This document shows, one piece after another, positions 1 to 12,705 of a DNA stretch of 64,000 nucleotides. Source of the stretch: Chiloscyllium plagiosum (taxonomy: Eukaryota); NCBI RefSeq assembly GCF_004010195.1, contig NC_057718.1, forward strand, positions 31,357,622 through 31,421,621, given 5' to 3'. Both the position numbers and the translations under genes were made by a program. Each line of letters begins with the position of its first letter. Within the stretch, counting starts at the first letter, position 1. Under the pieces are notes generated by a model. That model was not told the DNA's origin, made no database searches, and was given only the letters and a program-made list of their open reading frames with translations.

Positions 1-1640
1 TCAGGTCTTCTGTCCCCTAGATACTTCTACGTGACCAGGTGAGTCTTGGAGGATCAAACATGGCTGGGCGCACTGTTACAACTGCATAGCTTCTTTGTAT
101 ACATCTCTCACTAAATGTTTTTTCTCATTGCTATCTTTTTGAGATCTGTATAATAGGGTTATGTATTTAAGCCTTTTCTTTTCACTTAATAACATTCAGT
201 TTTAGTGCAGGAAAAACATTGTTGAAATTCATTAATGTCAAGCTTGAGTTATAAAACCCAACATAAGTGCAAAGGAAGTCAGAGTCTCGTCATTTTTTGG
301 TCTTCAGAAAGTGCTTATGTTGCAAGTATCAAAAGATGGAGGAAAAGTTAGTTGCTGCTTGACTCTTTCTTTCTTCATTTGCATTTATGTGTGTTAACCC
401 AACTGGACGACTATCATCCTTCAACAATTCAGCAGACCCAGATAAGGATAAATCATTATGTTCCTCGTGTAACATGACCAAGTAATGATTTTTTTTATGC
501 ACAGCCATGTACCCTGCAGCACAACTGGTGTCAAACCCTTGACAGTGACTTGCACGTGTTCTGTGCTACTCTATTGAAAATCTCACTAACACCAAAGCTA
601 TTATGTTTGTAGACAATGATTTATGACAATGATTTATTATTATTCTTTGACATTTGTAACTTGAGATGACTTACTGGATTTTAATACTTTAACTGTTTGC
701 TGTAGGAGATATGATACTGCCACACTCCCACTCATGATGAATGTCACATACATGGTGTAGGCACATAACTTGATCCAGGACAAAGGATGGAATATTTGTC
801 TTACTACACCACAGGGTAAATATATTCAAAACTATCTGCAAATGCCCAGAAGCCTAAGAACAGCTTTGATTCTCCAGTGGTTCATCAGTGGAATTAATAT
901 CACCAACATGATGTGCTGCCAAATCTTATCTGAATTATTAGGGTGAGGCCAAATGCTTCCTTAAATAAAAATCTGCAGGTGAGTCATCTTTGGCTGCTTT
1001 CACAGATATTTTACCAGCTGTTTGCAATGTCCTATTGACAAAATTCAAGGTGATCACCAGGATGGGACTGAAATGGTCAAATGCACAGGTAATTGACCAT
1101 AATCTCTGTCTAATCCAGATATAGATTGAATTGTTTCTTAAAATAAATGTCTATGCATGAGACGATCTAGTCACAAATCTAAACTGCATACTCATAAAAA
1201 AGCCAGTTCTAACTTGCTAGAATTGGTGACAATAGGAAAGCAGCAGTCTCCAAACAAGGTCAGAAGAGTAATTATCATGTTAATGTTAATGATTGGCACG
1301 TTGCCAATGTTAGAAAGCCTACAACCAGGCAGCCACAGCTGCTCAGCTGATTGGTCAATTTTAATATACATATTAGAGTCCAATGTTTTATGTAGGACCC
1401 TGATTGTTCATTTAAATTACAAGTTGTTGCCACATATCGAGTGCACTGGTTGGTTGGTTTGATTGGCAGCGGTGCAAAACAGGCTCCTGCAAAGTTAATG
1501 TTAATTTATAATTATTGGACCAGGAGGAATAAGAGAGCACTAGATCCACAGATTAAATCAGAACTGTTCTTCTTCTAAGTTTCTTCCTCTACTTTCCATT
1601 TGTGCAGCTCAATTTTGGCTTAATCTGCACCAAGAAAACT

Positions 1641-1731
1641 GCAGGCAGCTGGGACTAGTTTAGTTTGGGAACATGGTTGGCATCGACTGGTTGAACCGAA
1701 GGGTCTGTTTCCACGTTGTATGACTCTATGA
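1641..1731 (+). mobile_element. CR1/HER1 LINE extreme 3' tail fragment
   Basis: Ends in ...ccgaagggtctgtttccacgttgtatgactctatga, the same 3' terminus and (atgactct)n tail seen on other CR1 copies in this window (23790-23835, 53515-53553). Confidence 0.75.
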
Positions 1732-1913
1732 AGCTCATTTACCACCTTCAGATTTCTGATTTCATTTAAGTCAACCCTGAGTTTCTTAATGACTGGAGTC
1801 TTCTCCACTGGAACACGTGGACTGCTATTAGGTTCCACCAGCTCACCTTCCATATTTTAGAACTGATTACATGCTAACGTGGATTTGCTCTGTGCTTTGA
1901 TTCATATCTTCCT

Positions 1914-3500
1914 GTCATGGAGTCATAGAGCAGTAGAGCCATATAGCATGGAAATATGATCCTTCAATCCATTTTATCCATACTGACCAGGTTTCCGAAA
2001 GAAAACTAGTTCCATTTGCCTGTTTTAAGCCCATATCCCTCTAATCCTTTTACTATTCATGTACCTAACCAAATACCTTTTAAATGTTGTAACCATACCT
2101 GTATCTACCACTTACTCTGGCAATTAATTTGATATACACACCACCCTCTGTGTGAAAAAGTTGCCCCTCAAGTCCCTTTTAAGTCTTTCTCCTGCCACTT
2201 TAAACCTATGCCCTCTAGTTTTGAGCTTCCCTACCTATGGAAAGGACCCTTGCTATTCACCTTATCCGTGCCCTTAAGATTTTAAAAACCTCTATAAGAT
2301 CACCCCTCCAATGGCCCATCTGTCCAAGGTCCCGTTGCACTCCGAGATAATCTTCTTCATTGTCTATTACACCACTTATTTTGGTGTTATCTGCAAACTT
2401 GTGGGCGTTTGGAATGCCTTGCCAGCAAAGGTGGTAGAGGCAGGCACGGTAGATTAATTTAAGATGCGTCTGGACAGATGCATGAGTAGGTGGGGAGCAG
2501 AGGGATACAAATGCTTAGGAATTGACCGACAGGTTTAGACAGTACATATGAATCGACTCAGGCTTGGAGGGCTGAAGGGCCTGTTCCTAGACTGTAAATT
2601 TTCTTTGTTCTTTATTCTTTGTTCTATTTCCTATATTCGCATCCGAATAATTTAAGTAAATGATGAAAAGCAGTAGATCCAGCGCTGATCCTTGCAGCGC
2701 ACCACTGGTCACAGGTCTTCAGTCTGGAAAACAACTCTCCGCCGCCACCCTCTGTCTCCTACCTGCAAGCCAATTTTGTCTCCAATTGCCTAGCTCCCCC
2801 TGGATTCAATGTGATCTAATCTTGCTAACCAGTATACCATGCAGAGCCTTGTCAAATGCCTTGCTGAAGTTTGTATAGACAAACTTGACCACTCTGCCTT
2901 CATCAATCTTCTTTGTCACGTCTTCAAAAATCTCAAAATGAGACACAATTACCCACACACAAAGCCATGTTGACTATCCCTTTTCAGTTCTTGCCTTTCC
3001 AAATGCTTGAAAATCCTGTCTCTCAGAATTCCTCCAATAACTTACTAGCCACTGACACCAGGCTGTCTGGTCAATAGTACCCTGGCTTTTCCTTAACACC
3101 TTTCTTAAATAATGGCACCACATTTGCCAACCTCCTGTCTTCCAGCACCTTACCCGTGGCTATTGATGATACAAAAATCTCAGCAAAGGGCCCAGCAATC
3201 TCTTCCATAGCTTCCCACAAAGTGCTGGGATACACCTGACGAGATCCCAAGGATTTATCCACCTTTATGCATTTTAAGATGCCCAGCATCTCTTTTTCTG
3301 AAATATGGTCATTTTTCCAAGATATCAATATTTATTTTCCCAAGTTCACTAGCTTCCATGTTCTTCTCCACAGTAAATACTGGCATGAAATACTTGTTTA
3401 ATATCTCACCCATCTCCTGTGGTTCCACCCATAAAAGGTCATATGATATTTAAGGGGTTCTGGTCTCTCCCCAGTTAATCTTTTGCTCATAATGTATTTT
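1914..3500 (-). mobile_element. CR1/HER1 LINE 3' fragment (RT region to tail), internally deleted and interrupted by another CR1 piece
   Basis: ORF 3071..3328 reads IKVDKSLG...EIAGPFAEIF...RLANVVPLFKKG, typical of CR1 ORF2. The tail is at ~1914-1945. Colinear with the copy at 32199-35112. Confidence 0.9.
2401..2626 (+). mobile_element. Short CR1 3' end inserted in opposite orientation into the 1914-3500 CR1
   Basis: Reads gtttggaatgccttgccagc...gggctgaagggcctgttcct... with a (ttctttg)-like tail. The host CR1 sequence stops at atctgcaaactt and resumes at ~2627. Confidence 0.8.
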
Positions 3501-4059
3501 CTTGAAGAAATGTTCAAGATGGCTTTTTGTCAGGCTCTTTGCACATGTAGTCAGGTGTAATTAAATACAGGCAGTTGAAACTGGGATCTCCATACACATT
3601 TTGCTGAGGAAACATTGAGATTTCAGAGGTTTTTTTCATTAAAAGAAAGCTGGAACAGGGTTTCAGTTACCACATGTGCCTGTCACAAAGGTATCTCATA
3701 AAGGCAGAGTATGAACTGGGCAGCTTGTCTCACTCTCTCTCTGTACTACAACTGAACACCAAACAATGTCCAAAACAAAGCTGTAAACACCAGGTAGATA
3801 ATTTTCAGTAAATTCAACAATGAACCAAAGTTATAAGACTCTGATGAACCTAGCCTTGGTTGTTTAATTAGTTTAAACATAATTTCTACTTTCCATGACC
3901 TGTCAAAAAGAAAGACAGCTAACTCTTCAACTTTTCAAATGAATCGCTTTTCAATAAAACATTAGTTATGAAACACCTTCATAACAATGTGCATATAACC
4001 TGCAGAAAAGTATCAAACCTGAGGAGAAAAGGAAAGAATGATTACCATCACTCATAGTG

Positions 4060-5185
4060 CATTACAATAAATATGCTGTTACAGTACTGCTGAAGAATGC
4101 ATATATCAATAACTACCATCATTATTGCTTTATGTTTTATAAGTTCTCCAAAGCTAAAGGAAGAAATGTAGAATCAGAAGACAGTTCAGTAGATGAAACA
4201 ATGTTTTTCTCTGAAAACATCGGTATACCACGACAATGATTGTTCTTGGTGCTACCACAAGATATATTGAAGTAAGTGCCTCCACTGGCCCTTTGAAATC
4301 ATTTGCTTGTCCATTTCATTTATATTGGTCAATACCCATGTTAATTTGTAGTGCATCATCATTCTGAACAATCATATATATTCTCAGCTTGTGCAAATTA
4401 AGCCCTATTCTCTCGCTCAGATTCCGCAGTTGTTATTACATAATATCAAATATAATTAGATTATGTTTTGACAATATATCCAGTTTTATTTTAAATAAAG
4501 TATGAAAAATGCTCAAATTGATGGAGCAAATATGACATGTGATAATGCAGCAAGATCCCCAATTTGCAGAAAATCAGTCTATTCCAACATAGATAAAGGA
4601 AGTCTTTTATTGAGCATTTTGAAGCACACAGTGAGAAGGCAGAAAAACACGAGAAATTTATCATTTGACCAAGTTGCTTTAAATTCTTCAGCATAAGATT
4701 CATAAGGAGTAAAATATAAATTATTCTTTAAACAGAAATTAGTGTACTTAGCAGTACAGCCATGATATGGATGGGAATCACACAAGGTGTTATATTTGAT
4801 ATTGAGAGCTTGCATAACTCAGAGGCAATATCCTATCTATTCTTAATACTGTTACTTGTTGTTTACTTGATGACATTCTCCCATATAACCTTCGTATATA
4901 TTGAGCCCTTGTATAAAAGTTTATTATAAGATAAATCCAGTACCTGGGCAAAATACCAAGCTTTATAACATATGTATTTAATGAAGTGACTTAAAGAAAT
5001 ACCCATTATGTCTAATTTTCCACAAATACCATTGTTTACCAGGCATGTGCATTTGTCTTTTATATGTACACAGTCATGCCATCGGCTCCATTTTAACATC
5101 TTGATGTGGTAATAAAAGGTTCACTAGCTAAAGGAAGCATAGATTTCCAAAATATTATGCATTGTCCCTACGCGTAGCACACATA
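4060..5185 (-). pseudogene. Decayed leucine-rich-repeat membrane receptor pseudogene (LRRNT, ~9 LRR, LRRCT, probable TM)
   Basis: Manual minus-strand translation across stops and frameshifts gives, in order: C-x6-CTC-x6-C-x4-I-x2-I (LRRNT, 5072-5000), AQVLDLSYNKL, MQALNIKYNTL, FCLKNNLY, LKNLKQLGQMIN, FLYLCWNRL, ICSINLS, LIIFDIM**QLRNLSERIGLNLHKLRIYMIVQN, then KLTWVL...NISCGS...RGIPMF (LRRCT-like) and a hydrophobic stretch at ~4130-4060. Asn-equivalent positions fall at ~4924, 4790, 4721, 4657, 4582, 4506, 4434 and 4362. Confidence 0.6.
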
Positions 5186-8100
5186 ATGCCATGGAAATCA
5201 TAAAAGGTAAAAGCTATATTGGAAATCAAGTTAAGGTGTTCCTCATATTATGAGTTGCCCATATCTGATTAGGATTAATATATTTTTGTTTTATGAAAGA
5301 TGCAAGTTAAGTGGTGCTGTAACTAGAATTAACATTTATCAGCCATTAACTGGGTGATTACAGGTTTTATGTTAGTGCACAGAACTAGGATCAACGACAG
5401 TGACTGTATGCCAAATATCTTAATTCTTGAGAAAACCAACTGTTTGGGAAAACAAGTATTTCTAAACAGTACCCTTTCTTTTATCAATCTTTTGTTTTTG
5501 AACACTCTTAATTTCAAACTTAATTTTGGATATTTTATGTGTACCATGAATAGGAGAAAGAGATAGTGATGATCACTTCACCTTTTCATAAGTAGGTTGG
5601 TCATTTTGGAAAAATGATTGCATGATGAGGCATTCCACCTCTTTCATTACAATCGCTGATGAAGAAAAACAACAAGAATAATTTCCATTTAAAAAAGTAG
5701 TAATGCCTTTTCAATGATATTGAATTTTTCTGTTATATCCTTCATATATTTTACATCAATTATAGTTATACTCATAGAATTAGTTTCTGAAATTTTTTTC
5801 CATGTCAGATATATAGTTTGTGCTCATCATTTTGAAGTAGATTTTAATTGATGTGATGGAATGATATTAGCATGATGAATGAATTTAGCTTTATTTACAT
5901 TATTCAATTTTGTTCATTTTGTGAAGAAGCCAAGAGATAACTCAGTGTTAAAAGTTATCCAGGAGGTAAATGTCACTGATCTTATCTTTCCAACTATTAT
6001 GCAGTGTCACTGCCATAAGGTTATATGGCATGTTACACTGATTTTTTTGCTATGTAGGTTATGATGTGATGAGTATTATGTAAACTTCAGTTGACAATGA
6101 TGAAGGCACCCAAAGAACTTCAAGTGTTAGTGTATTCCAGAAAACACCCTGTGTATAGAGCATGCCACTAAAAGCAGGCCTGATGGATAAAAAAATAACA
6201 ATTTCCTTTGCCAGTCTAAACCTTGTTGTAGAGAATTCATTTTACTCAATTGCCTTAAAACACCTAAGAAGCAATCTAGGGAGACTCTTGTGAATCTTTT
6301 AGTACTTTGTTTTAAGTAAAAACAACATTATTTTTGTTAGCTGTCATGTATCAGGTCAAGGGGTTGGTGAGTGGTTACCATTAATCAAAAAATGTTTTGG
6401 TTACCAAGATATACAACTATCTCCTTAAGTTTACAAAAAAATGGGATGAACCTTTTACCATTTACAAAAAACAAAATAGGAGATGTGAGAAAATGGAGAG
6501 AATGGTGCAAAAGTTTTAAAGCTCAAAATTTCTCTTTTGTTACACTGTATCTAAAAATATAATAGTAATTATAATATGATGCCAGCAAATTTTCACAATG
6601 TTTTTTACATTTCTTTAATTTAGGTGACTTATAAGATAAAACAAGTAACATTAAAACATTTCAGCTGGGTTAAGGACAGTTTGAGATTATGATCTAATGA
6701 ATCAATATTCATTGCAAAATATGATATACTAATCTATCTTTGTGAAATAATTTTGCATTAATACCACCTTCCCTTTTACCTTAATTGCAACAAATATAGA
6801 GAACAAATACTTCAACCCAAGATAGTTTGACGCCATCTTGATTGGGTAAGTGCAGAAATAATTTTTAGTTTATACAGACCAGCATTCCTATTCCCATACA
6901 TTTTTATATTAGTATGTATTTATATTGTTGTTATTTGAAAAGTAATGTGTTCATTGACCTGAATTAGCATTGGACCTTAGAGTGAAATATTACGCAGTCT
7001 GCAAGTCATTGACATTGGGCTGAATTTTTACCAAAAGTAAGCTAATGGTCAATTTCAGGAAGTTTCAAGAAGGGTTTCTCTCCGTGAGCTCTAGGTAGTT
7101 ATCTCACGTAACTGTCCAAGCTCACCTCATTATGCATATACCATACCTTAATGGCACCTCACTTGCAGTATCATGTACTCACCAGTGGCTAAAGTATGTG
7201 CCACTGTTACCTTCCAGATTCCTGATGCTAGCTCCATTTTTAAGGTCAGCTGTGCACCAGGTCAAGTACTGCCATCCAGAGGTTGCCCTTCACAATGCAT
7301 GTAGTGGGAGGGGAATGATAAACAAAAGCTTCTGAGGGCACATAGATGCGATGGGTGACACTTCATTGCAAATATATTGCTCACATTTGAAATGTATTGC
7401 TATTCAACACTATCACATATCTAACTAACTGTCATTGTAACTGCAGATACAAGAATAAATCACACAAGTTACCCACCTTGAGCACGATGCAATCTTACAG
7501 CCCTGTCTAAGAGATTAATGCTAGCTCTGTAATGCAAGTGTAGAATGACATCTGTTCAATGTGGGAACATTCAAGTAGTGAAAATTGTTCACTTTTATTG
7601 AACAGCAAAAACTACATTTGCTTCTGAGAACAAATAGGGAGCATTTGTATTTCAAGCAACAATTTGCAGTCAACGAATGTTCATTGCACCCAGCTCACAT
7701 CGTATGGAACTGGTTTTCAATGAAGTCCTGACTGGTCTGTTACTTCAGCTGGAATGAATGCATTCCCTAAAAAAACTGGAGAATTTTTTCACATTGCACT
7801 CTTCAGGACAGTTTGCAAATCATTACAAAGTACATGGAAACAATATTTATCTGTATAAAAGGAGAATGTTGATTGGTTGGCCTTTGGTCTTTGATTTGCA
7901 GAGGCATTGCCTTGCAGAATGAACCAACCAGGTATTAACTGACAGTTAACAGCCAAAATGTGTTTAAACTTTAAAATGGGTAAATTGACTTTGATTGATC
8001 AGAAAAAATGAAACAGGTAGCAGTTGTTGCCTATTTTGTTCAGTTGGAAAAAGCATGGTGTGAGTACACGTTCGTTCTGTCTACTGTTAAAATCCACTTG

Positions 8101-8834
8101 GGAAAGTGCACTGACCTTTAAGCCCCATTACTCCTGGGGCAGCCACAAAAGTTATAATCAAGTACTCATAATGCTTGATTTATATGACTATTTCACTGGT
8201 AGCCCAGGCTTACAGAATGACTCCATGCCCCTGGAAAGTGGGAGAGAGAGACCTCAAAGGGCAAGGCAGGTTGACTTTCAGTGGCAGTCTGCCCCTTCAG
8301 CACATGGGATGATGGTGGGTTGCATGTTTAGAAGCAGAGAGCCTGGTATTGAGAACCCCCTTCTCTGGAGGCAGCTGGTAAACCTGACAGTTTTACTGGG
8401 TGGCATTATGAAGGTATGGGAGACCCATGTGGCCTCCATTTATTTCCTCAGAAGCCACTAAGCAAAGGTGGACTCAGGAATAAAGGATACAATTGACTCA
8501 AGAATGAGCCTAATTGATATCCTGCTGTTGGCAGCCTCTCCCACCTCCCTTCAGCCCAACATAATCAGGGACACAGCAGGTACCACCACTGGGTGAACTA
8601 GCTTAGGGTGGCAAATGTGATGGGGAGGGATCGCAGTTGGGCTGCAAAACACTATCCTGACTTTTGGAAACAGTACGATGTTAGTTTGTTACAGTTGCTG
8701 AATGAGGGAAATGATTGCATACATGTAATTGGAGGGGCTGCTAATCATTAATAATTACTACATTCTCTTCCATCAAGAAAGAAATGATCCAAAATCCCAA
8801 AATGTGATAATCACCTGACATATTGTAAAGGAAA

Positions 8835-9162
8835 TGGCCTACTGGTATTATCACTGGACTGTCTGGGGATCTGAGTTCAAATCCTATCATAGCAGATGTT
8901 GGAATTTGAATTGAATTTTTAAAAATCTGGAAATAAGAGTCAAATAATGACCATGAATCACATTGCCAATTGTTGGGGAAAACCTATCTGGTTCACTTAA
9001 GTCCTGTAGGGAAGGAAATCTGCCATTTCATTCTTACCTGGTCTGGCCTACATGTGACTCCAGACCACATAGCAATGTAATTGACTCTTAACTGCCTTCT
9101 GGGCAATAAATGTTGACCTAGCCAGTGATGCCCACATCCTATGAATGAATAATGAAAAAAAG
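8835..9162 (+). mobile_element. SacSINE1-like DeuSINE
   Basis: Contains a B-box-like gagttcaaatcc, a central ggttcact...gggaaggaaatctgcc...ctggtctggcctacatgtgactccagacc, and a 3' tail gggcaataaatg...gcccacatcctatgaatgaataa followed by poly(A). Family name is from recollection of the shark DeuSINE consensus. Confidence 0.7.
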
Positions 9163-9409
9163 AAACACAATCTCAGCACAAAAGCAAACAAGAAAGTTTC
9201 GTGTTTAGACACAGGGCTGAGTTAGAAATAGGAGGGTGAAACCTGAGGTAAATAAACAGGGTCCCCCTTACTTGTTTTATATTGTAGGTGCATTAATTCT
9301 TACCATTTTTTTGATGATCAGATTAAAGAACAATTTTGATGGAATCCACACCACTGTAAGAACACTGTCCTGGGTGAAATGGAAGCTGGTTGTGTTCAGC
9401 TAGGCCTTT

Positions 9410-9575
9410 GAAAATATTTAATGCTGACTGAGATAGATTTTTTGATCAACAAGGGAGGTAAGGGTTATGGGAGCCAGGCAAGAAAATAAAGATAAGACCA
9501 CAAACTGATTAGCTGTGATTGTATTAAATCATGGATCAGGACCAAACGACCCACTCATGCTAATTTTTGTTATGA
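9410..9575 (+). mobile_element. Old CR1 3' end fragment
   Basis: gagatagattttttgatcaacaagggaggtaagggttatggg...gacccactcatgct matches CR1 3' UTR-like sequence also seen at ~46240-46395. Confidence 0.55.
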
Positions 9576-10090
9576 TCTAATGATTTTATAAGTTAAGGTC
9601 TTATGATCTAAGATTTTAGAGATCAAAGACTTTTCAAAGCTACTTCCAATAATCTTTTATTTCAACTTGCTGCTAAATTCAGATTTGCCTATGCATTCCA
9701 TTGTCTTGTGGCCACCAGTTAAAATGTCAATACATCCCTAAAATTCATAGAAGCTCTGGCTGAAATCGAATGACATTCTTAGCACTCAGAATTATTGGGA
9801 TATAAATGATAGACAGGGCTGATTTGAGCAGTCCTAATGCAGAACCTTATTTAAGTCATGCTTCACTGGGTAACACATTGGAAATCAAGCCCTGGTATTG
9901 CTGGAGTCATCACAAAGTTAAAGATGTTTTTTAAAAGAGCATACAAAATTTCCCAATGTATCTGTCTTTCAGACCAAGATGATTGACAGATCAGGTATTC
10001 TATACTTAACAAGAATGACTACTTATGACAAATAGGTAAGTCCTAGCCAGAGATAAACAATTATGAACTGTTGCTGACATATAACTGTGC

Positions 10091-10862
10091 GAGGAGAAAG
10101 TGAGGACTGCCTGGACCTCTCCATCTCCATTTCCGGCCACCGGTTCAACACGGACATCTAATTCAAACGCATTGACTCCCACAGCTACCTGGACTATACC
10201 TCCTCCCACTCCACCTCCTGTAAAAATGCTCTTCCTTACTCTCAATTCCTCTGCCTCCACCGCATCTGCTGCCAGGAGGAGCAATCCCACTCCAGAACAT
10301 TCCAGATTGCCTCCTACTTCAAGGACTACAATTTCTCCTACCATTTGGTCAACAATGCCCTCCAATGCATCTCCTCCACTTCCCACTCCTCCACCCTTGA
10401 ATCCCACCTCTCCAACCCCAATAAGGGTCGAACCCCCTGTTCCTCACTTTCCACCCCACCAATCTCCAGATACAATGCATAGTCCTCCGCCATTTCTGCC
10501 ACCTAGAGACCCCACCTTCAGAGATACCCCTTTCAGCATTGCACAGTGACCATTCCCTCCACGACTCCTTCGTTAGATCCCACCAACTCTGCACCACCCT
10601 CTTTAACTGTCCTACCTGTCCATCTTCCTTCCCACCTATCTGCTCCGCTCTGATCGATCACCATCACCCCTCACCCTCATCTACGTGTCACCTTCCTAGC
10701 TACCCTTCCCTTAGCCCTACCCCCGTCCTATTTATCTCTCAACCCCTGAGGGCGCACCCCCCCCCCCCCCCCACATTTCTGATGAAGGGCTTATGCCTGA
10801 AACGTCGACTTTCCTGCTCCTCGGATGCTGCCTGACCTGCTGTGCTTTTCCAGTGCCACACT
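10091..10862 (+). mobile_element. Penelope-like element fragment: RT C-terminal region plus pseudo-LTR, GIY-YIG region absent
   Basis: The frame from ~10112 reads LDLSISISG..NTDI*FK..DSHSYLDYTSSH..SCKNALPYSQFLCLHRIC, typical of PLE RT. The 3' pLTR is ctgatgaagggcttatgcctgaaacgtcgac...cctgacctgctgtgcttttccag. The 5' 20 nt are an inverted copy of the pLTR end. Flanks are catataactgtgc (10078-10090) and catatagctgtgc (10863-10875). Confidence 0.9.
10775..10810 (+). ncRNA. Minimal hammerhead ribozyme motif in PLE pLTR
   Basis: CTGATGA-A-GGGC-ttat-GCCT-GAAAC-GTC-GAC: both core boxes, a 4-bp stem II, a loopless palindromic stem III (ACGT) and a GUC triplet are present. Stem I is weak. Confidence 0.65.
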
Positions 10863-12705
10863 CATATAGCTGTGCTAGTTAAAACTCTAATCCCATTATA
10901 AATCCTTCTCTGCACACACACAGACAGATAGACACACATACAGAAAATAACATTTGTATCATGGGTGGAGGGAAAGACTGGATGGCTGATCAGTGGCCTC
11001 TGTCTACAGGATTAGTTGAGTTGATCAGAATGTAGCTTCATGATTTTCCTTCTGAGACACATTCACTTATTTTAGCACAGGCTGTTTCACACTTATGAAA
11101 GTTTTTGACTTAGCAATTAAAAGTCACAGTTGACACCAACTGGAAAGGAGAAATAAACTAGCTTTCTTCTGGCTTGAGATGCTTTTTACTGCAGAGAAAG
11201 AGACCATCCTATCTTCACAAAGATCCAATTGCTTCGTCTAAACATTCCCATCTCCAAGCTGTTTGGCTACCCAAGAGCCTATCCATAGTAATTGGCAGGC
11301 AAAGACCTTTGGCATCAATAACTGTTCACTAGTTCACAGACCAATCAACTGATCGTTGGCAACCAAAGCTTCATTTATATGTACCCCTTGGTTCCAGTTC
11401 ATCTGCAAACTAGTTTTCTACTACTGTTGACAAGCAGCTGTATAAACAGTATTTTTAATGTGTGTCAGGTTATTTCCTTTTAAAAGTACAGCAATCCTTT
11501 AACAATTTCTTTTTAAACTGTTTTTTTCCCATTTCGGTCCACAACCAAAAACACAGGGTTTTTAAAAAATGTTTTTTATGCATGTGGTGAGAGGTAATTT
11601 TGAAATAAATCAACAAACCTGTGCATAGTTAAGAGTGTCAGAATGCTTTTGACATTTCAATGACAGTATATGGTTCGGCTAGGGAGAGTGAGTTCATGAG
11701 GAGCAATAAATGTAGGCACCTTATATTCATACTCACTTGTACTCAAAGACACTCAGTTTTAGACCTAAGCAACCTTTTAAATTTATATATCCGGTACCTC
11801 CTCTTTAGAAAGAAGTTGTAACATTAATGTTCAACAGCTTGAAGACCAACTTGGAGGCATTTTAGACCACGGCAATAGGTCATTGCAGGGATTCAGATAC
11901 CAAACATCTGATCTTGCCAAATCATTTGACTATCCATACCTGTATTAAGCAACTAATAGAATGTTTGTAGGGGTAAATTTTTACAGGGCAGGGAAGGTGG
12001 TTCGACAGTATTTTACAGCCTGTGGACAACTTCCCAATAGCCGCAGTGCATTGCTGTTCCCTGTAGAGAATGCCTTGAAATGACAAGGGGAAAACCTTCT
12101 TTGCACCTGTCAAATTCACTTTCCCTGCCATCAAACAGAAGGTGTGGTGTTGTTCTTCTCTGTTGCTTGGTCATTAGTTCCTTTTCATGCCTCAAGTCTG
12201 AATTTGCCTTTAATTCCCTACATGACCCTCCTACCCCACCCTGATTAGAGGCTGACAATTATTTAATATTAATTTTAATGCATTGTGAACACTGGAAGAA
12301 TATTTGCTTCTGTCTGAAGCCTTTCACCTTTAAGTTCACAACTTCCTATAAATATCAGCCACTGAGCAGATTGAATGAATCCTCAGTTAAACCAGCTGTT
12401 GAAACAGGGTTGTAACTGTGCTTGAAGTCAGTCTAAGCATTCATCTTATCATATGTCACAAGGTTGTGTCCAGTTATCCTTGGACTTGGAGGGTCAGCCA
12501 AACATTCCTGGCTCAGATTTTGCCAGTCTCGCAGAATCAAGGCTATTTACTGGCTGTGACAGTAAAGGTGTCTGTGCTATTGCACCCTAACTCTATTCTT
12601 CTTTTGCAAGATTGTATTGTTAATGACAATGGAGGCCATTACAACTAAGTTCTATCCGTTCTACACCCAACATTCTTGTGCAGAAAATTCCGTCTCTCCA
12701 TTATT

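Noticed and set aside
3520..3990. Possible decayed TIR domain downstream of the LRR fossil (minus-strand traces YEGVS*, VFLFDRSW, KIIYLVFT, FVLDIVWC, NPVP)
   Set aside because: The matches are weak, need several frame changes and have off spacing, and part of the region looks LTR-like. Unresolved; a frameshift-aware TIR HMM search would decide whether the LRR gene was a TLR.
10006..10835. Pro/Thr-rich and Gly/Val-rich ORFs (10100..10549, 10006..10407, 10539..10835)
   Set aside because: Alternative frames of the C-rich Penelope fragment.
9960..11570. Possible antisense LTR hosting the PLE insert; similar LTR-like stretches at 1-474 and ~55930-56250
   Set aside because: The resemblance to the 18211-19103 LTR family is impressionistic, and termini and TSDs were not established.
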